Source: an archaeon
Lineage (GTDB): Archaea > Iainarchaeota > Iainarchaeia > Iainarchaeales > 1-14-0-10-31-34
Length of the DNA stretch: 32,000 nucleotides
Assembly (NCBI GenBank): GCA_024277355.1
Contig: JAJRVL010000001.1
Span: 1 to 32,000, forward strand
Reading direction: 5' to 3'
Positions 16,641-25,569 of the stretch are shown piece after piece. The position numbers and the translations under genes are program-made. How positions within the stretch are numbered: the first letter of the stretch is position 1; each line of letters opens with the position of its first letter. The notes beneath the pieces are model-generated. The model searched no databases. It was not told the origin of the DNA and worked only from the letters and a program-made list of their open reading frames with translations.

Positions 16641-17768
16641 ATGAAAATACTGTATATTACTTCTGTTTTAGGAAATATTGGCGGAAGCGAAATTTACTGC
16701 AGAGATGTAATAAAAGAAATGCTGAAAAAAGGCCATAAAGTTTTAGTAATTAGCACTGAACCATTTGATTTTAAGCATAAAAACTTAGAGTTTTTTCAGA
16801 TTCCTTTTTTTGGCCATCATGCTTTTCATAAATTTACTGCTCCTTTTTTTTATCATAAAATCATAAAAAAAGCTTTAGAGTTTAAGCCTGATGTAATTCA
16901 ATCTCATAGCAATTCATTAATGGGATGGATCGGAGATAAAGTCAAAAAAGAATTAAATGTACCTCATGTTTTGTTAATTGAAATGATTTCAGCTGACAAC
17001 CATAATCTGCATACTAAAACTATTTTTGCTTTAGAAAAGTTTTTACTGCCAAAATTAAAGTTTGATAAAATTATTGTCTGGACAGAAAACATGAAAAAAA
17101 AGTTTCTGCTTCCTTGGGGAATTAAAGAAAAAAGAATTTCAGTTATTCCTGCTGCATTAAATAAATCAAATTATGATTTAAATGCAAAAGGCAACAAAGT
17201 AAAAGAAAAGTATGGAGAACATTTAATTATTTCAATTAAAAGTTTATGGACAACAAATATTGCAGGATTGCAGTATGTTGTTAAAGCAATGAAATATGTT
17301 AAAGAAAAACACCCTGAATACAAATATTTATGTATTGGACCGGGCGATTCCAGTGCATTACAGAAAACAGCAAAAGAATATGGTGTTGGAGATGTAGTTT
17401 TGTTTCCTGGAAGTATTACAAATAAAGAAAAAAAAGAGTTTTGGGCTGCAACAGAAATTGCTCCTCATTCATATGTATATGAATTTTCAACTGCAATTTC
17501 TTTACTGGAATTTTTAGCTATGGGAAAAGCTTGTGTTATAACTGATGTAGGTGCAGTAAGGGAATACTTGAAAGATTCAGCTTTAATTGTTAAATTAGAT
17601 GAAAAAGCTATTGGAGAAGGAATAAATAAATTAATTGAAAACCCTGAACTGAGAAAAAACTATGAAAAAAAAGCAAGAAAATTATTTGAAGAAGAATATT
17701 CAATTCAGGCAAGCGTTGAAAAATTAGAGAAGATTTATTTAGAAGTGAAAAATAAAGAAAAAGAATGA
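16641..17768 (+). CDS. GT4-family glycosyltransferase
   Basis: MKILYITSVLGNIGGSEIYCRDVIKEMLKKGHKVLVIS; PGSITNKEKKEFWAATEIAPHSYVYEFSTAISLLEFLAMGKACVITDVGAVREYLKD. Confidence 0.88.
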   Translation: MKILYITSVLGNIGGSEIYCRDVIKEMLKKGHKVLVISTEPFDFKHKNLEFFQIPFFGHHAFHKFTAPFFYHKIIKKALEFKPDVIQSHSNSLMGWIGDKVKKELNVPHVLLIEMISADNHNLHTKTIFALEKFLLPKLKFDKIIVWTENMKKKFLLPWGIKEKRISVIPAALNKSNYDLNAKGNKVKEKYGEHLIISIKSLWTTNIAGLQYVVKAMKYVKEKHPEYKYLCIGPGDSSALQKTAKEYGVGDVVLFPGSITNKEKKEFWAATEIAPHSYVYEFSTAISLLEFLAMGKACVITDVGAVREYLKDSALIVKLDEKAIGEGINKLIENPELRKNYEKKARKLFEEEYSIQASVEKLEKIYLEVKNKEKE

Positions 17769-17811
17769 AAAAAATATTAAAAAAAATAATTAATTAAAAA
17801 AATTAAATAAA

Positions 17812-18030
17812 TTATGTCATTTTTGAAAATTCTTCTTTTGTTATTTCTAAAATTTTTATTATTTGCAGTAAAGTTCCTTTCTTTAATTTTTTATGGTTTG
17901 GAATAACCAGCATTTTTCCTTTTTTATTTTTTAGAATTAAATGACTTCCTTTTTGTCTTATTAATTCAAACCCAAGTTTTGATGCAACAGAAATTACTTT
18001 AGTGGAAGAAACAACCGGGAGTTTAGGCAT
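17812..18030 (-). CDS. hicA: HicA-like mRNA interferase toxin
   Basis: VVSSTKVISVASKLGFELIRQKGSHLILKNKKGKMLVIPNHKKLKKGTLLQIIKILEITKEEF; conserved His in GSH. Confidence 0.85.
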   Translation of the reverse strand: MPKLPVVSSTKVISVASKLGFELIRQKGSHLILKNKKGKMLVIPNHKKLKKGTLLQIIKILEITKEEFSKMT

Positions 18031-18244
18031 TAACTTTCACTTGAGTTTTTTCCACAGAAACAGAATTAAATAACTTTTTAATTTTTGATTTTTTTGTTTC
18101 CTCTAAATACAAGGAAATTGCTTCTCTTATATTTTCTAATGCTTCTTTTTTTGTTTCTCCCTGAGAAATACAGCCTTTTAGAGCAGGAACATAAACAGTA
18201 TATCCGCCTTCTTTTTGCTTTTCAAAAACAATATCAAGATCCAA
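18023..18244 (-). CDS. hicB: HicB-like antitoxin
   Basis: FEKQKEGGYTVYVPALKGCISQGETKKEALENIREAISLYLEE; TTG start preceded by AGGTGA; overlaps the hicA start by 8 nt. Confidence 0.85.
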   Translation of the reverse strand: MDLDIVFEKQKEGGYTVYVPALKGCISQGETKKEALENIREAISLYLEETKKSKIKKLFNSVSVEKTQVKVNA

Positions 18245-18260
18245 TTAATTCACCTAACAA

Positions 18261-18293
18261 AATATTGAGTTAATTAGTATAAAAGAATATTGA
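18261..18293 (-). promoter_or_regulatory. Putative hicBA promoter/operator: direct repeats flanking a TATA-like box
   Basis: AATATTGA at 18261-18268 and 18286-18293 flank minus-strand TTTTATACTAATTAAC. Confidence 0.35.
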
Positions 18294-18314
18294 ATGATAA
18301 AAATTTGACTTTTC

Positions 18315-19217
18315 TTATTCTTTTTCCATTTCAAACGGAAAAGAAAACTTTGGTTCTCTAAAAGGAATAAAAGAAGTTTTGTTTCTTTTAGCTCTTTCTG
18401 ATAGGATTAATTTGATGTCTTTAATGTTATTCCAGTAAGCTTTCATTAACCAGAAAAATTGTTTGTCTTTAATGCTTTGCAGAAAAATTAATCCCATGCC
18501 AGGAACAAATCTAAGCAAGTCAATTAAACCTAAATTAAAAAAGAAAGAACGCAGTCTGTGAGTGTTTAAAAGAATGTAATGGTTTTTTGCTTTAATTCCT
18601 TTTTTTGAATCAACAGAAGAAAAATGAACTACAATGCATTTACTGCATTCAATTATTTTATATCCTTTTTTTCTTGCACGAAAATTCCAGTCAGCTTCTT
18701 CTCCGTAAATAGGAGAAAAATGTTCTGCGTCAGTAAAGCCGATTTCTTTAATGAACTTTTTTTTGGTTATCCAGCCGACAGGACAGGTTAATTTTTTTTT
18801 GTTTGGTTTTTTTTTGAATTCTTCAATTAATTTTTTGTTTTTAAAATCTAAAGGAGAAGTTTCTCTTACTCCAACAACAACTAAATTTTCATCTGAATCA
18901 ATTGCTTTAATTAATTCTTCAAGCCAGTTTTCTGTAACAAAAGCATCATTGTTTAAGTGAACAACATAATCTCCTTTTGCTTCCCTATAGCCTTGATTTA
19001 AAGCAAAAGGAAAACCTTTGTTTACTTTGTTTTTAATTACTTTAAAATTTTTTAAATTAAAAAATTCTTTTTCAAGTTTTTGAATGCTTCCATCTTTACT
19101 TCCATTGTCAACTAAAATTAATTCATAAGGCAGAACAGTATTCTTTTTTATTGAGTCAAGACACTGCTTTGTTAAATCAAAAGAATTCCATGTTGTTACT
19201 ACAATTGACACTAACAT
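18315..19217 (-). CDS. GT2-family glycosyltransferase
   Basis: VSIVVTTWNSFDLTKQCLDSIKKNT...LILVDNGSKDGS...NKGFPFALNQGYREAKGDYVVHLNNDAFV...GEEADWNFRARKKGYKI. Confidence 0.9.
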   Translation of the reverse strand: MLVSIVVTTWNSFDLTKQCLDSIKKNTVLPYELILVDNGSKDGSIQKLEKEFFNLKNFKVIKNKVNKGFPFALNQGYREAKGDYVVHLNNDAFVTENWLEELIKAIDSDENLVVVGVRETSPLDFKNKKLIEEFKKKPNKKKLTCPVGWITKKKFIKEIGFTDAEHFSPIYGEEADWNFRARKKGYKIIECSKCIVVHFSSVDSKKGIKAKNHYILLNTHRLRSFFFNLGLIDLLRFVPGMGLIFLQSIKDKQFFWLMKAYWNNIKDIKLILSERAKRNKTSFIPFREPKFSFPFEMEKE

Positions 19218-19221
19218 TAAA

Positions 19222-20478
19222 TCACAATTCAGTCTGGTCTTTGACTATTTTTGGATAAGGCAGAGGAACAATATATTTTCCGCCTTTGCTTTTATGATTA
19301 ATTGTTTTTTCAATTAATTCTTTAGCTATAGTCCATGCAAACAAAACTAAAAAATCAGGTTTAGAGTTTTCTATTTCCTTGCTTGGAAGAATTGGAACAC
19401 GGTTTCCTGCAAAAGCTTTATGTTGTTTTGTTTCAGCATCATCTGCAATAAATTCAATGTAATTAGTTCCTATTCCGCAGTAATTCAGTAAAGTGCTTGC
19501 TTTTGCTGCTGCGCCAAAACCTGCAATTTTCTTTTTTTGTTTTTTTAAGTCTGAAAGCAACTGAAGAAAAGCAATTTTTATTTCAAGGGTTTTTTCTGCA
19601 AAATCAAAGTATGTTTCTAAGTCATATAATTTTTTTTGTTTTTCTTTTTCAATAAAAGAATCAATTACTTCTTTTTTTGTTTTAATTAAATTGTCTTCTT
19701 TGTGTTTAGAAAAAATTCTTAAACTGCCTCCATGAATTGGGGTTTCATGAATATCAAAAATTTCTAATCCTTCTGATTCAAATAAAGTAATTAAAGGTTT
19801 AACTAAAAAATAAGATAAATGTTCATGGTAAATTGTATCAAATTCTGTTTTTTCAATTAAATGCAATGCATAAGGAAATTCAGTAATAAAAACTCCGTCT
19901 TTGTCTAAAACTTTTTTTACTCCTTTTAAAAAAGAATGAACATCATGAACATGAGCAAAAACATTTGATGCTGCAACAACTTTTGCTTTGCCTTGCAGTT
20001 CAGTTATTTTTTCTGCTATTGACTCATTCCAGAATTCAACTAAAGTTGGAATTCCTTTTTCTTCTGCAATTTTAGCTAAATTTACTGCAGGGTCAACTCC
20101 TAAAACATTAAATCCCTGTTTTTTGAATTCATGCAGCATGCATCCGTCATTGCTTGCAATATCTACAACTAAAGAATTTTCTGTATGCGGAAATATTTTT
20201 TTTATGTCTTCAGCCATTGAAGCAAAATGTTTCTGGAAAGTAGAAGAAATTGAAGTTCTGTAAGCATAATCAGAAAAAAGTATTTCTGGTTCAACTACAA
20301 TGCTTAACTGGGATAAAAAACATTTTTTGCATAAAACAACTTCTAAAGGAAAAAACAAGTCATTGTCTGTTTTATTTAATTCAACTAAATTGTTTGCTAA
20401 AGGCAATGAACCTAAACTTAAGTATTTCTCTAAGTGAGTTGAATTACAGATTCTGCATTTTTCTAATTTAAAAAACAA
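19222..20478 (-). CDS. Class I SAM-dependent sugar C-methyltransferase-like protein (paralogue of 11974-13188)
   Basis: CRICNSTHLEKYLSLGSLPLANNLV, CKKCFLSQLSI, VDIASNDGCMLHEFKKQG, THGG-type PIHGGSLRIFS, IAGFGAAAKASTLLNYCG. The listed ORF extends to 20610, but an in-frame TTG at 20478 with upstream AAAGGGG is the likely start. Confidence 0.82.
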   Translation of the reverse strand: MFFKLEKCRICNSTHLEKYLSLGSLPLANNLVELNKTDNDLFFPLEVVLCKKCFLSQLSIVVEPEILFSDYAYRTSISSTFQKHFASMAEDIKKIFPHTENSLVVDIASNDGCMLHEFKKQGFNVLGVDPAVNLAKIAEEKGIPTLVEFWNESIAEKITELQGKAKVVAASNVFAHVHDVHSFLKGVKKVLDKDGVFITEFPYALHLIEKTEFDTIYHEHLSYFLVKPLITLFESEGLEIFDIHETPIHGGSLRIFSKHKEDNLIKTKKEVIDSFIEKEKQKKLYDLETYFDFAEKTLEIKIAFLQLLSDLKKQKKKIAGFGAAAKASTLLNYCGIGTNYIEFIADDAETKQHKAFAGNRVPILPSKEIENSKPDFLVLFAWTIAKELIEKTINHKSKGGKYIVPLPYPKIVKDQTEL

Positions 20479-20560
20479 AAATAACCCCTTTTTTTGGTTT
20501 ATAGATAAGAAAACTTGCAGACAACCATTTAAAAATATTTTTAAAACAAAATCTTTTCTT

Positions 20561-21517
20561 ATGAGCGAAAAAATTGTTGTTTCAGGGGGAGCTGGATTTA
20601 TTGGAAGCAATTTAATTGAAAAATTAATTGAAGAAAATAAATTTGAAATAACTGTAATAGATAATTTTTCTACTGGTTACAAGGAAAACCTTGAATTAGT
20701 TAAAGATAAAATAGAATTAATTAAAGCTGATGCATGCAGTTATAAAGAAATAAAAAATGTTTTTTCTGATGCAAAATATGTTTTTCATTTAGCTGCATTC
20801 AGCTATGTGGGAGAATCAATCAAAAAGCCTTTAGAATATAACAGAAATAACATTGATTCATTAATTAATGTATTAAATGCTTCAAAAGAAAATTCAGTTG
20901 AAAAAGTAATTTTTCCCAGTACTTGTGTGGTTTATGGTGAATCAAAAAAAATTCCTATTCCTGAATCAGAATACTTAAATCCTAATACTCCTTATGGATT
21001 AACAAAACAGGCAGGAGAATTTTACTGCAAGTTTTTCACTGAAGTTCATGATTTGAATACTGTTTGTTTAAGAATTTTCAATGCTTATGGTCCAAGAATG
21101 CAAAGCAGAGTTCTTTCAATTTTTGCTAATTTAATGCTTGAAGACAAACAGCCTTATTTAAGCGGAGACGGAAAACAGTCAAGAGATTTTGTTTTTGTTG
21201 AAGATATAGTTAATGGATTAATTAAAGCAATGAATTCAGGAAAAAAAGCAAAAGGCAAGTCATATAATATTGGAACAGGAAAAGGAACTTCATTAAATGA
21301 ATTAATTGAAAAAATTAATTTAGTTTTAGATAAAAACATTAAGCCAATTCATGGAGAAGTTGCTGCAGGAGAAATAGATGAAATTATTGCTGATGTTTCT
21401 TTAGCAGAAAAAGAATTAGGGTTTAAAGCAGAAGTTGATTTGAATTCAGGATTAAAGAAAACAATTGACTGGCTTAAAAAAAAGGATTTAAAGCAAAGCC
21501 AAAAAAGTTATATTTAG
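20561..21517 (+). CDS. NAD-dependent epimerase, UDP-glucose 4-epimerase (GalE)-like
   Basis: KIVVSGGAGFIGSNLIEKLIEENKFEITVIDNFSTGYKENL; STCVVYG; PNTPYGLTKQAGE; RIFNAYGPRM; FVFVEDIV. Confidence 0.9.
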   Translation: MSEKIVVSGGAGFIGSNLIEKLIEENKFEITVIDNFSTGYKENLELVKDKIELIKADACSYKEIKNVFSDAKYVFHLAAFSYVGESIKKPLEYNRNNIDSLINVLNASKENSVEKVIFPSTCVVYGESKKIPIPESEYLNPNTPYGLTKQAGEFYCKFFTEVHDLNTVCLRIFNAYGPRMQSRVLSIFANLMLEDKQPYLSGDGKQSRDFVFVEDIVNGLIKAMNSGKKAKGKSYNIGTGKGTSLNELIEKINLVLDKNIKPIHGEVAAGEIDEIIADVSLAEKELGFKAEVDLNSGLKKTIDWLKKKDLKQSQKSYI

Positions 21518-21581
21518 AAACTCAGCAAAAAGTTATATTTAAATCATTTGCTGACTTGTTTTGTATAAACGTGTGTTAAAA

Positions 21582-23573
21582 ATGAATTTTAATTTAAAAG
21601 AAAAAATCAATTCAATTGACAGAAAGCATTTAGCTATTTTGTTATTGTTGTTTTTGCTTGCTTTTGGAATCAGAGCAAATTTAATGAAATATGAATTATT
21701 TTTTGAATTTGACACTTACTGGCATGCAAGAGTTGGAAGTTATATTTTACAGGGAAACGGAGTTCCAGACAAAGATCCTTTAGCTTATTATCAGATGGGC
21801 GGATCAAATATTGGATGGAAGATTGCGCCAGTGTTTTGGTTTTTATCTACTGCAATTTATTCGATTTTTACTTTAGGGTTATTTGGTTATGATAAAAATT
21901 TATGGATTGCATTTGTTAAATTTTTGCCTGCATTTTATGGTGCATTAATTTCTGTTGCAATGTATTTTTTATTTAAAGAAATTTATAACAGAAAAGCAGG
22001 TTATATTGCGTCTTTTATTGCAGCTGTAACTCCTGCTTTTGTTTACAGGACTATGGCAGGACAATTTGAAGATGATGCTTTAGGATTTTTATGGATGGTT
22101 ATTGGATTTTATTTTTTTGTTAAAGCAGTAAAAGAAATGAATTTTAATAAAGAGTCAATTAAAAATGCAGTTCTTTCTGCTTTATTTTTTGGAGTAATGG
22201 CATGGACCTGGGAAATGTTTATGTTAATCCCGTTAATTTTAGTATTTTATGTAATTACAACTTCAGTTTTAATGTGGTTTAATAAAATTGAAACAAAAAA
22301 AATAATTCATTTAATTAAAATTTTTGCAGTAGTTTTTGTTTTATTTGGAGTTATTGCAACAGCAAAAGATAACGGGCAATGGTTTGAAAGAGATGTAGGT
22401 TATATTACAAAATATATTCCAATTAATCAGGAAAACATTGACAGGTTTACAGGAGAAGGCGGAAGAGAAGGAATTTTCGGAATGACTGTAGGCGAAGAAA
22501 ATACAGGAATACAGTTTTTTGGAACAAAATATAATGCTTTGATTATTTTTCCTATTGCTGCATTGCTTATTATTTTATGGAGATTTATTTTATTTCCAAT
22601 AATTAATTTTGTATTTAATTTAAAACAGGAAACAAAATGGAATACATCAGATTATTTTGCTTTTATTGTTTTTTTCTGGGTTGCAATAACTTTGTTTATG
22701 GCTTGGAGTAAATTGAAATTTACTTATACTTTTGGTTTAGCGGTAGCGGTTGGAGCAGGACTTGTAGGTTATTGGTTATTTGAAGTAATGAAAAACAGAA
22801 CTTTATTTGAAAAAAAAATTATTGCAGTTTCACTTGGATTCTTAATGTTAGTTGGAATTGCTTCAGGTACTTTTTTCATGACACAAAACGCTCCAAATAT
22901 TGAATATACTTCAGGGTGGAAACCTGCATTAAACTGGTTAAGCCAAAACACTCCTGAAGACGCAAAAATATTTAACTGGTGGGATGAAGGACACTGGATT
23001 ACTTTTATTGGAGAAAGAAGTGCATTAATTGATAATAGAAATCTTGACTTAAATGCTGATATAGATGTAGCCAAATTTATTATAACTGAAGATAAAGAAG
23101 AAGCAATTAATTTAGTTAAAAAATATAATTCAGATTATCTTGTTTTGGGTTCTGATTTATTAACAAAACAAAATTCAATGGTAGTTTATGCTTTTTTGGA
23201 TGACCCTGAACAAAAAAACGCAAAACTTGGATTGTATTTAGGGCAAGAAATGCCTTGTTCAGTTAATTCAGATAAACTTACAGGAGCAGTAACATATAAC
23301 TGCGGAGGAAATCTGTTAAGTCCCGGACAAATCAATGCTTTTCCAACAAAATATATTACTCAGCCAAACCAATTGTTAAGCGAAAAACTTCCTGTTTTTA
23401 TTTACAGAAATCATACTAATTCAAGACTTTATATGTTTAATTCTGCAGCAAATAAATCAATGATTGTAAGAATTTGGTTTGAAGACCCTGAAGTAAAAAA
23501 TGATTTTCCAATAGTTTATGATTCAACTGATGATAAAAGCAGCGGAGTAAAAATCTTTGAATTTACAAAATAA
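21582..23573 (+). CDS. aglB: STT3/AglB family oligosaccharyltransferase
   Basis: FFEFDTYWHARVGSYIL, AGQFEDDALGF, GMTVGEENTG and the WWDxG motif variant NWWDEGHWI; many TM segments. Confidence 0.9.
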   Translation: MNFNLKEKINSIDRKHLAILLLLFLLAFGIRANLMKYELFFEFDTYWHARVGSYILQGNGVPDKDPLAYYQMGGSNIGWKIAPVFWFLSTAIYSIFTLGLFGYDKNLWIAFVKFLPAFYGALISVAMYFLFKEIYNRKAGYIASFIAAVTPAFVYRTMAGQFEDDALGFLWMVIGFYFFVKAVKEMNFNKESIKNAVLSALFFGVMAWTWEMFMLIPLILVFYVITTSVLMWFNKIETKKIIHLIKIFAVVFVLFGVIATAKDNGQWFERDVGYITKYIPINQENIDRFTGEGGREGIFGMTVGEENTGIQFFGTKYNALIIFPIAALLIILWRFILFPIINFVFNLKQETKWNTSDYFAFIVFFWVAITLFMAWSKLKFTYTFGLAVAVGAGLVGYWLFEVMKNRTLFEKKIIAVSLGFLMLVGIASGTFFMTQNAPNIEYTSGWKPALNWLSQNTPEDAKIFNWWDEGHWITFIGERSALIDNRNLDLNADIDVAKFIITEDKEEAINLVKKYNSDYLVLGSDLLTKQNSMVVYAFLDDPEQKNAKLGLYLGQEMPCSVNSDKLTGAVTYNCGGNLLSPGQINAFPTKYITQPNQLLSEKLPVFIYRNHTNSRLYMFNSAANKSMIVRIWFEDPEVKNDFPIVYDSTDDKSSGVKIFEFTK

Positions 23574-23669
23574 AAGATTTTATTTAATGATTAAGTGTTT
23601 TTAACGATTATTGTACCAATTTTTTATTTAAAACCAAAATTAAGTTTTTAATATAAAAGAAGTGAAATA

Positions 23670-24665
23670 ATGATTCCTGAAATTTTAGCTGTTTTATTTG
23701 TTTTTATTGTAAGTTTTAGCACTACTTTTTTGATTACTCCTTTTATAATCAAAAGAATGCATTTAAGGAAACTAACAGGAAAAGACATGAATAAATTTGA
23801 TAAACCTGAAGTAGCTGAAATGGGAGGCATTAGTGTAATGTTTGGTTTTAGTATTGGAATTATTACTTCAATTTTTATTTCAACTTATCTTGAATTAATT
23901 GAAATTAATTTAACTGTTTTTTTAGCAATGTTTATGACAGTATTATTAATCGGATTTATCGGTTTAGTTGATGATTTAATTGGATGGAGAAAAGGGATAA
24001 GACAATGGCAGCATGCATTATTCCCTGTTTTTGCAGCTTTGCCTTTAATGGCAATTTCTGCAGGAGACACCAATATGTCAATTCCTTTTATTGGAATACT
24101 TGATTTAGGAATATTTTTTTCATTAATTATAATTCCTTTCGGCATTACTGGCGCATCAAATGCATTTAATATGCTTGCAGGAATGAATGGATTAGAAGGC
24201 GGATTAGGAGTATTAATTATTTCAACTTTAGCTTATTTCAGTTTAATGACTGGAAACATTGAAGTATTCTTTTTTTTGATTGCAATGCTTGCAGCAATAA
24301 TTGCTTTCTTAAAATTTAACTGGTTTCCTGCAAAAATTTTTCCAGGAGATTCCCTGACTTTAATGCTTGGAGCAACAATTGCAGCATCAGTAATAGTTGG
24401 AAGCATAGAAAAAATCGGAGTAATGTTAATGGCATTATTTTTTATTGAATTAATTTTCAAAGCAAAACATAAATTTCAAAGCCATTGTTTTGGACTGCCT
24501 CAAAAAGACGGGACATTAAAACCAAGACCTGAAGGAGGTTCTTTAACTCAATGGATAATGAAACAAGGGACTTTTACAGAAAAACAAGTTACAGGAATAA
24601 TTTTATCAAGTCAGGCAGGAATTTGTGTTTTAACAATAATTTTAATCAGTTCAGGGGTAATATGA
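23670..24665 (+). CDS. Polyprenyl/dolichyl-phosphate GlcNAc-1-P transferase family (eukaryotic Alg7/DPAGT1-like, GT4/MraY superfamily)
   Basis: FDKPEVAEMGGISVMFG, FIGLVDDLIGWRKGIRQ, NAFNMLAGMNGLEGGLG, WFPAKIFPGDSLTLMLGA, HKFQSHCFGLPQKDG. Confidence 0.87.
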   Translation: MIPEILAVLFVFIVSFSTTFLITPFIIKRMHLRKLTGKDMNKFDKPEVAEMGGISVMFGFSIGIITSIFISTYLELIEINLTVFLAMFMTVLLIGFIGLVDDLIGWRKGIRQWQHALFPVFAALPLMAISAGDTNMSIPFIGILDLGIFFSLIIIPFGITGASNAFNMLAGMNGLEGGLGVLIISTLAYFSLMTGNIEVFFFLIAMLAAIIAFLKFNWFPAKIFPGDSLTLMLGATIAASVIVGSIEKIGVMLMALFFIELIFKAKHKFQSHCFGLPQKDGTLKPRPEGGSLTQWIMKQGTFTEKQVTGIILSSQAGICVLTIILISSGVI

Positions 24666-25108
24666 AATTATGTATTGCGGTTTCAGCCGGAGGACATTTA
24701 AGTGAAATAAAACAAATAGAAGAATACTACAAAAAACATAAACATTTTTTTATTTCATTTAAAAGATTTGATTCAAATGAATTAGCAAAAAAAAACAAAG
24801 TTTATTTTGTTATTGATCCAAAAAGAAATTTTTTCGATTTAATTCATAATTTTATTCAAAGCTTTTTTATTTTAATTAAAGAAAAACCTGATGCAGTAAT
24901 TTCAACAGGAGCAGGAGTTGCATTGCCTGCTTTATTTATAGCAAAATTAATGGGAAAAAAAACTGTTTTTATTGAAAGTTTTTGCAGAATTAATTCTCCT
25001 TCTTTTTCAGGAAAAATTGCATATAAATTTGTTGATCTTTTCCTTGTGCAATGGAAAGACAACTTAAAGTTTTATCCTAAAGCAAAATTCAAAGGGGCGG
25101 TATTTTGA
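24662..25108 (+). CDS. Alg14-like subunit of GlcNAc transferase (membrane-recruiting subunit)
   Basis: MKLCIAVSAGGHLSEIKQ...FKRFDSN...KPDAVISTGAGVALPALFIAKLMGKKTVFIESFCRINSPSFSGKIAYKFVDLFLVQW; start overlaps the preceding stop as ATGA, so the listed 24551 start is too early. Confidence 0.85.
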   Translation: MKLCIAVSAGGHLSEIKQIEEYYKKHKHFFISFKRFDSNELAKKNKVYFVIDPKRNFFDLIHNFIQSFFILIKEKPDAVISTGAGVALPALFIAKLMGKKTVFIESFCRINSPSFSGKIAYKFVDLFLVQWKDNLKFYPKAKFKGAVF

Positions 25109-25569
25109 TTTTAGTTATGACCGGGACACACAATCAGGGATTTGACCGTTTAATTAAAGCAGTTGATTTAATATCAAAAAAATTTTCAGAAGAATTTTTT
25201 ATTCAAACAGGAAACTCTAAAATTAAACCAAAAAATAGTAAATGGAAAAAATTTTTAATTCCATTAGACTTAGAAAAAAAAATTCAGGAAAGCTCTTTAG
25301 TTATAACTCATGCAGGAGCAGGCTCAATAATTAATTCATTAAAAAACAAGAAACCAGTAATTGTTGTTCCAAGAGAAAAAAAATTTAATGAACATGTAAA
25401 CGACCATCAGATTGAATTAGCAGAAAAACTTGAAAAAGAAAAAAAAGTTGTTTTATGCAGGAATTTAAGTGAATTAAAAGAAAAAATCAGCAAAGCAAAG
25501 AATTTAACTGTATTAAAACAAAATAATAAAGAACTCATAAAAGAAATTGAATTGTTTTTAGGGAATTAA
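25105..25569 (+). CDS. Alg13-like catalytic subunit of GlcNAc transferase
   Basis: ILVMTGTHNQGFDRLIKAVD...LVITHAGAGSIINSLKNKKPVIVVPREKKFNEHVNDHQIELAEKLEKE; TTG start in a TTGA overlap with the Alg14-like stop. Confidence 0.87.
   Translation: MILVMTGTHNQGFDRLIKAVDLISKKFSEEFFIQTGNSKIKPKNSKWKKFLIPLDLEKKIQESSLVITHAGAGSIINSLKNKKPVIVVPREKKFNEHVNDHQIELAEKLEKEKKVVLCRNLSELKEKISKAKNLTVLKQNNKELIKEIELFLGN

Noticed and set aside
17769-17811. Very AT-rich spacer between the GT4 gene and hicA as a mobile element scar
   Set aside because: Only A/T homopolymer-like sequence; no terminal inverted repeats or target duplication visible.
20479-20610. N-terminal 44 residues of the listed 19222-20610 ORF
   Set aside because: They do not look like the family and run into the divergent epimerase start; TTG at 20478 with upstream AAAGGGG fits the paralogue's N-terminus.
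24551-24661. N-terminal 37 residues of the listed 24551-25108 ORF
   Set aside because: They overlap the end of the Alg7-like gene in another frame; the Alg14-like protein starts naturally at the ATGA overlap at 24662.
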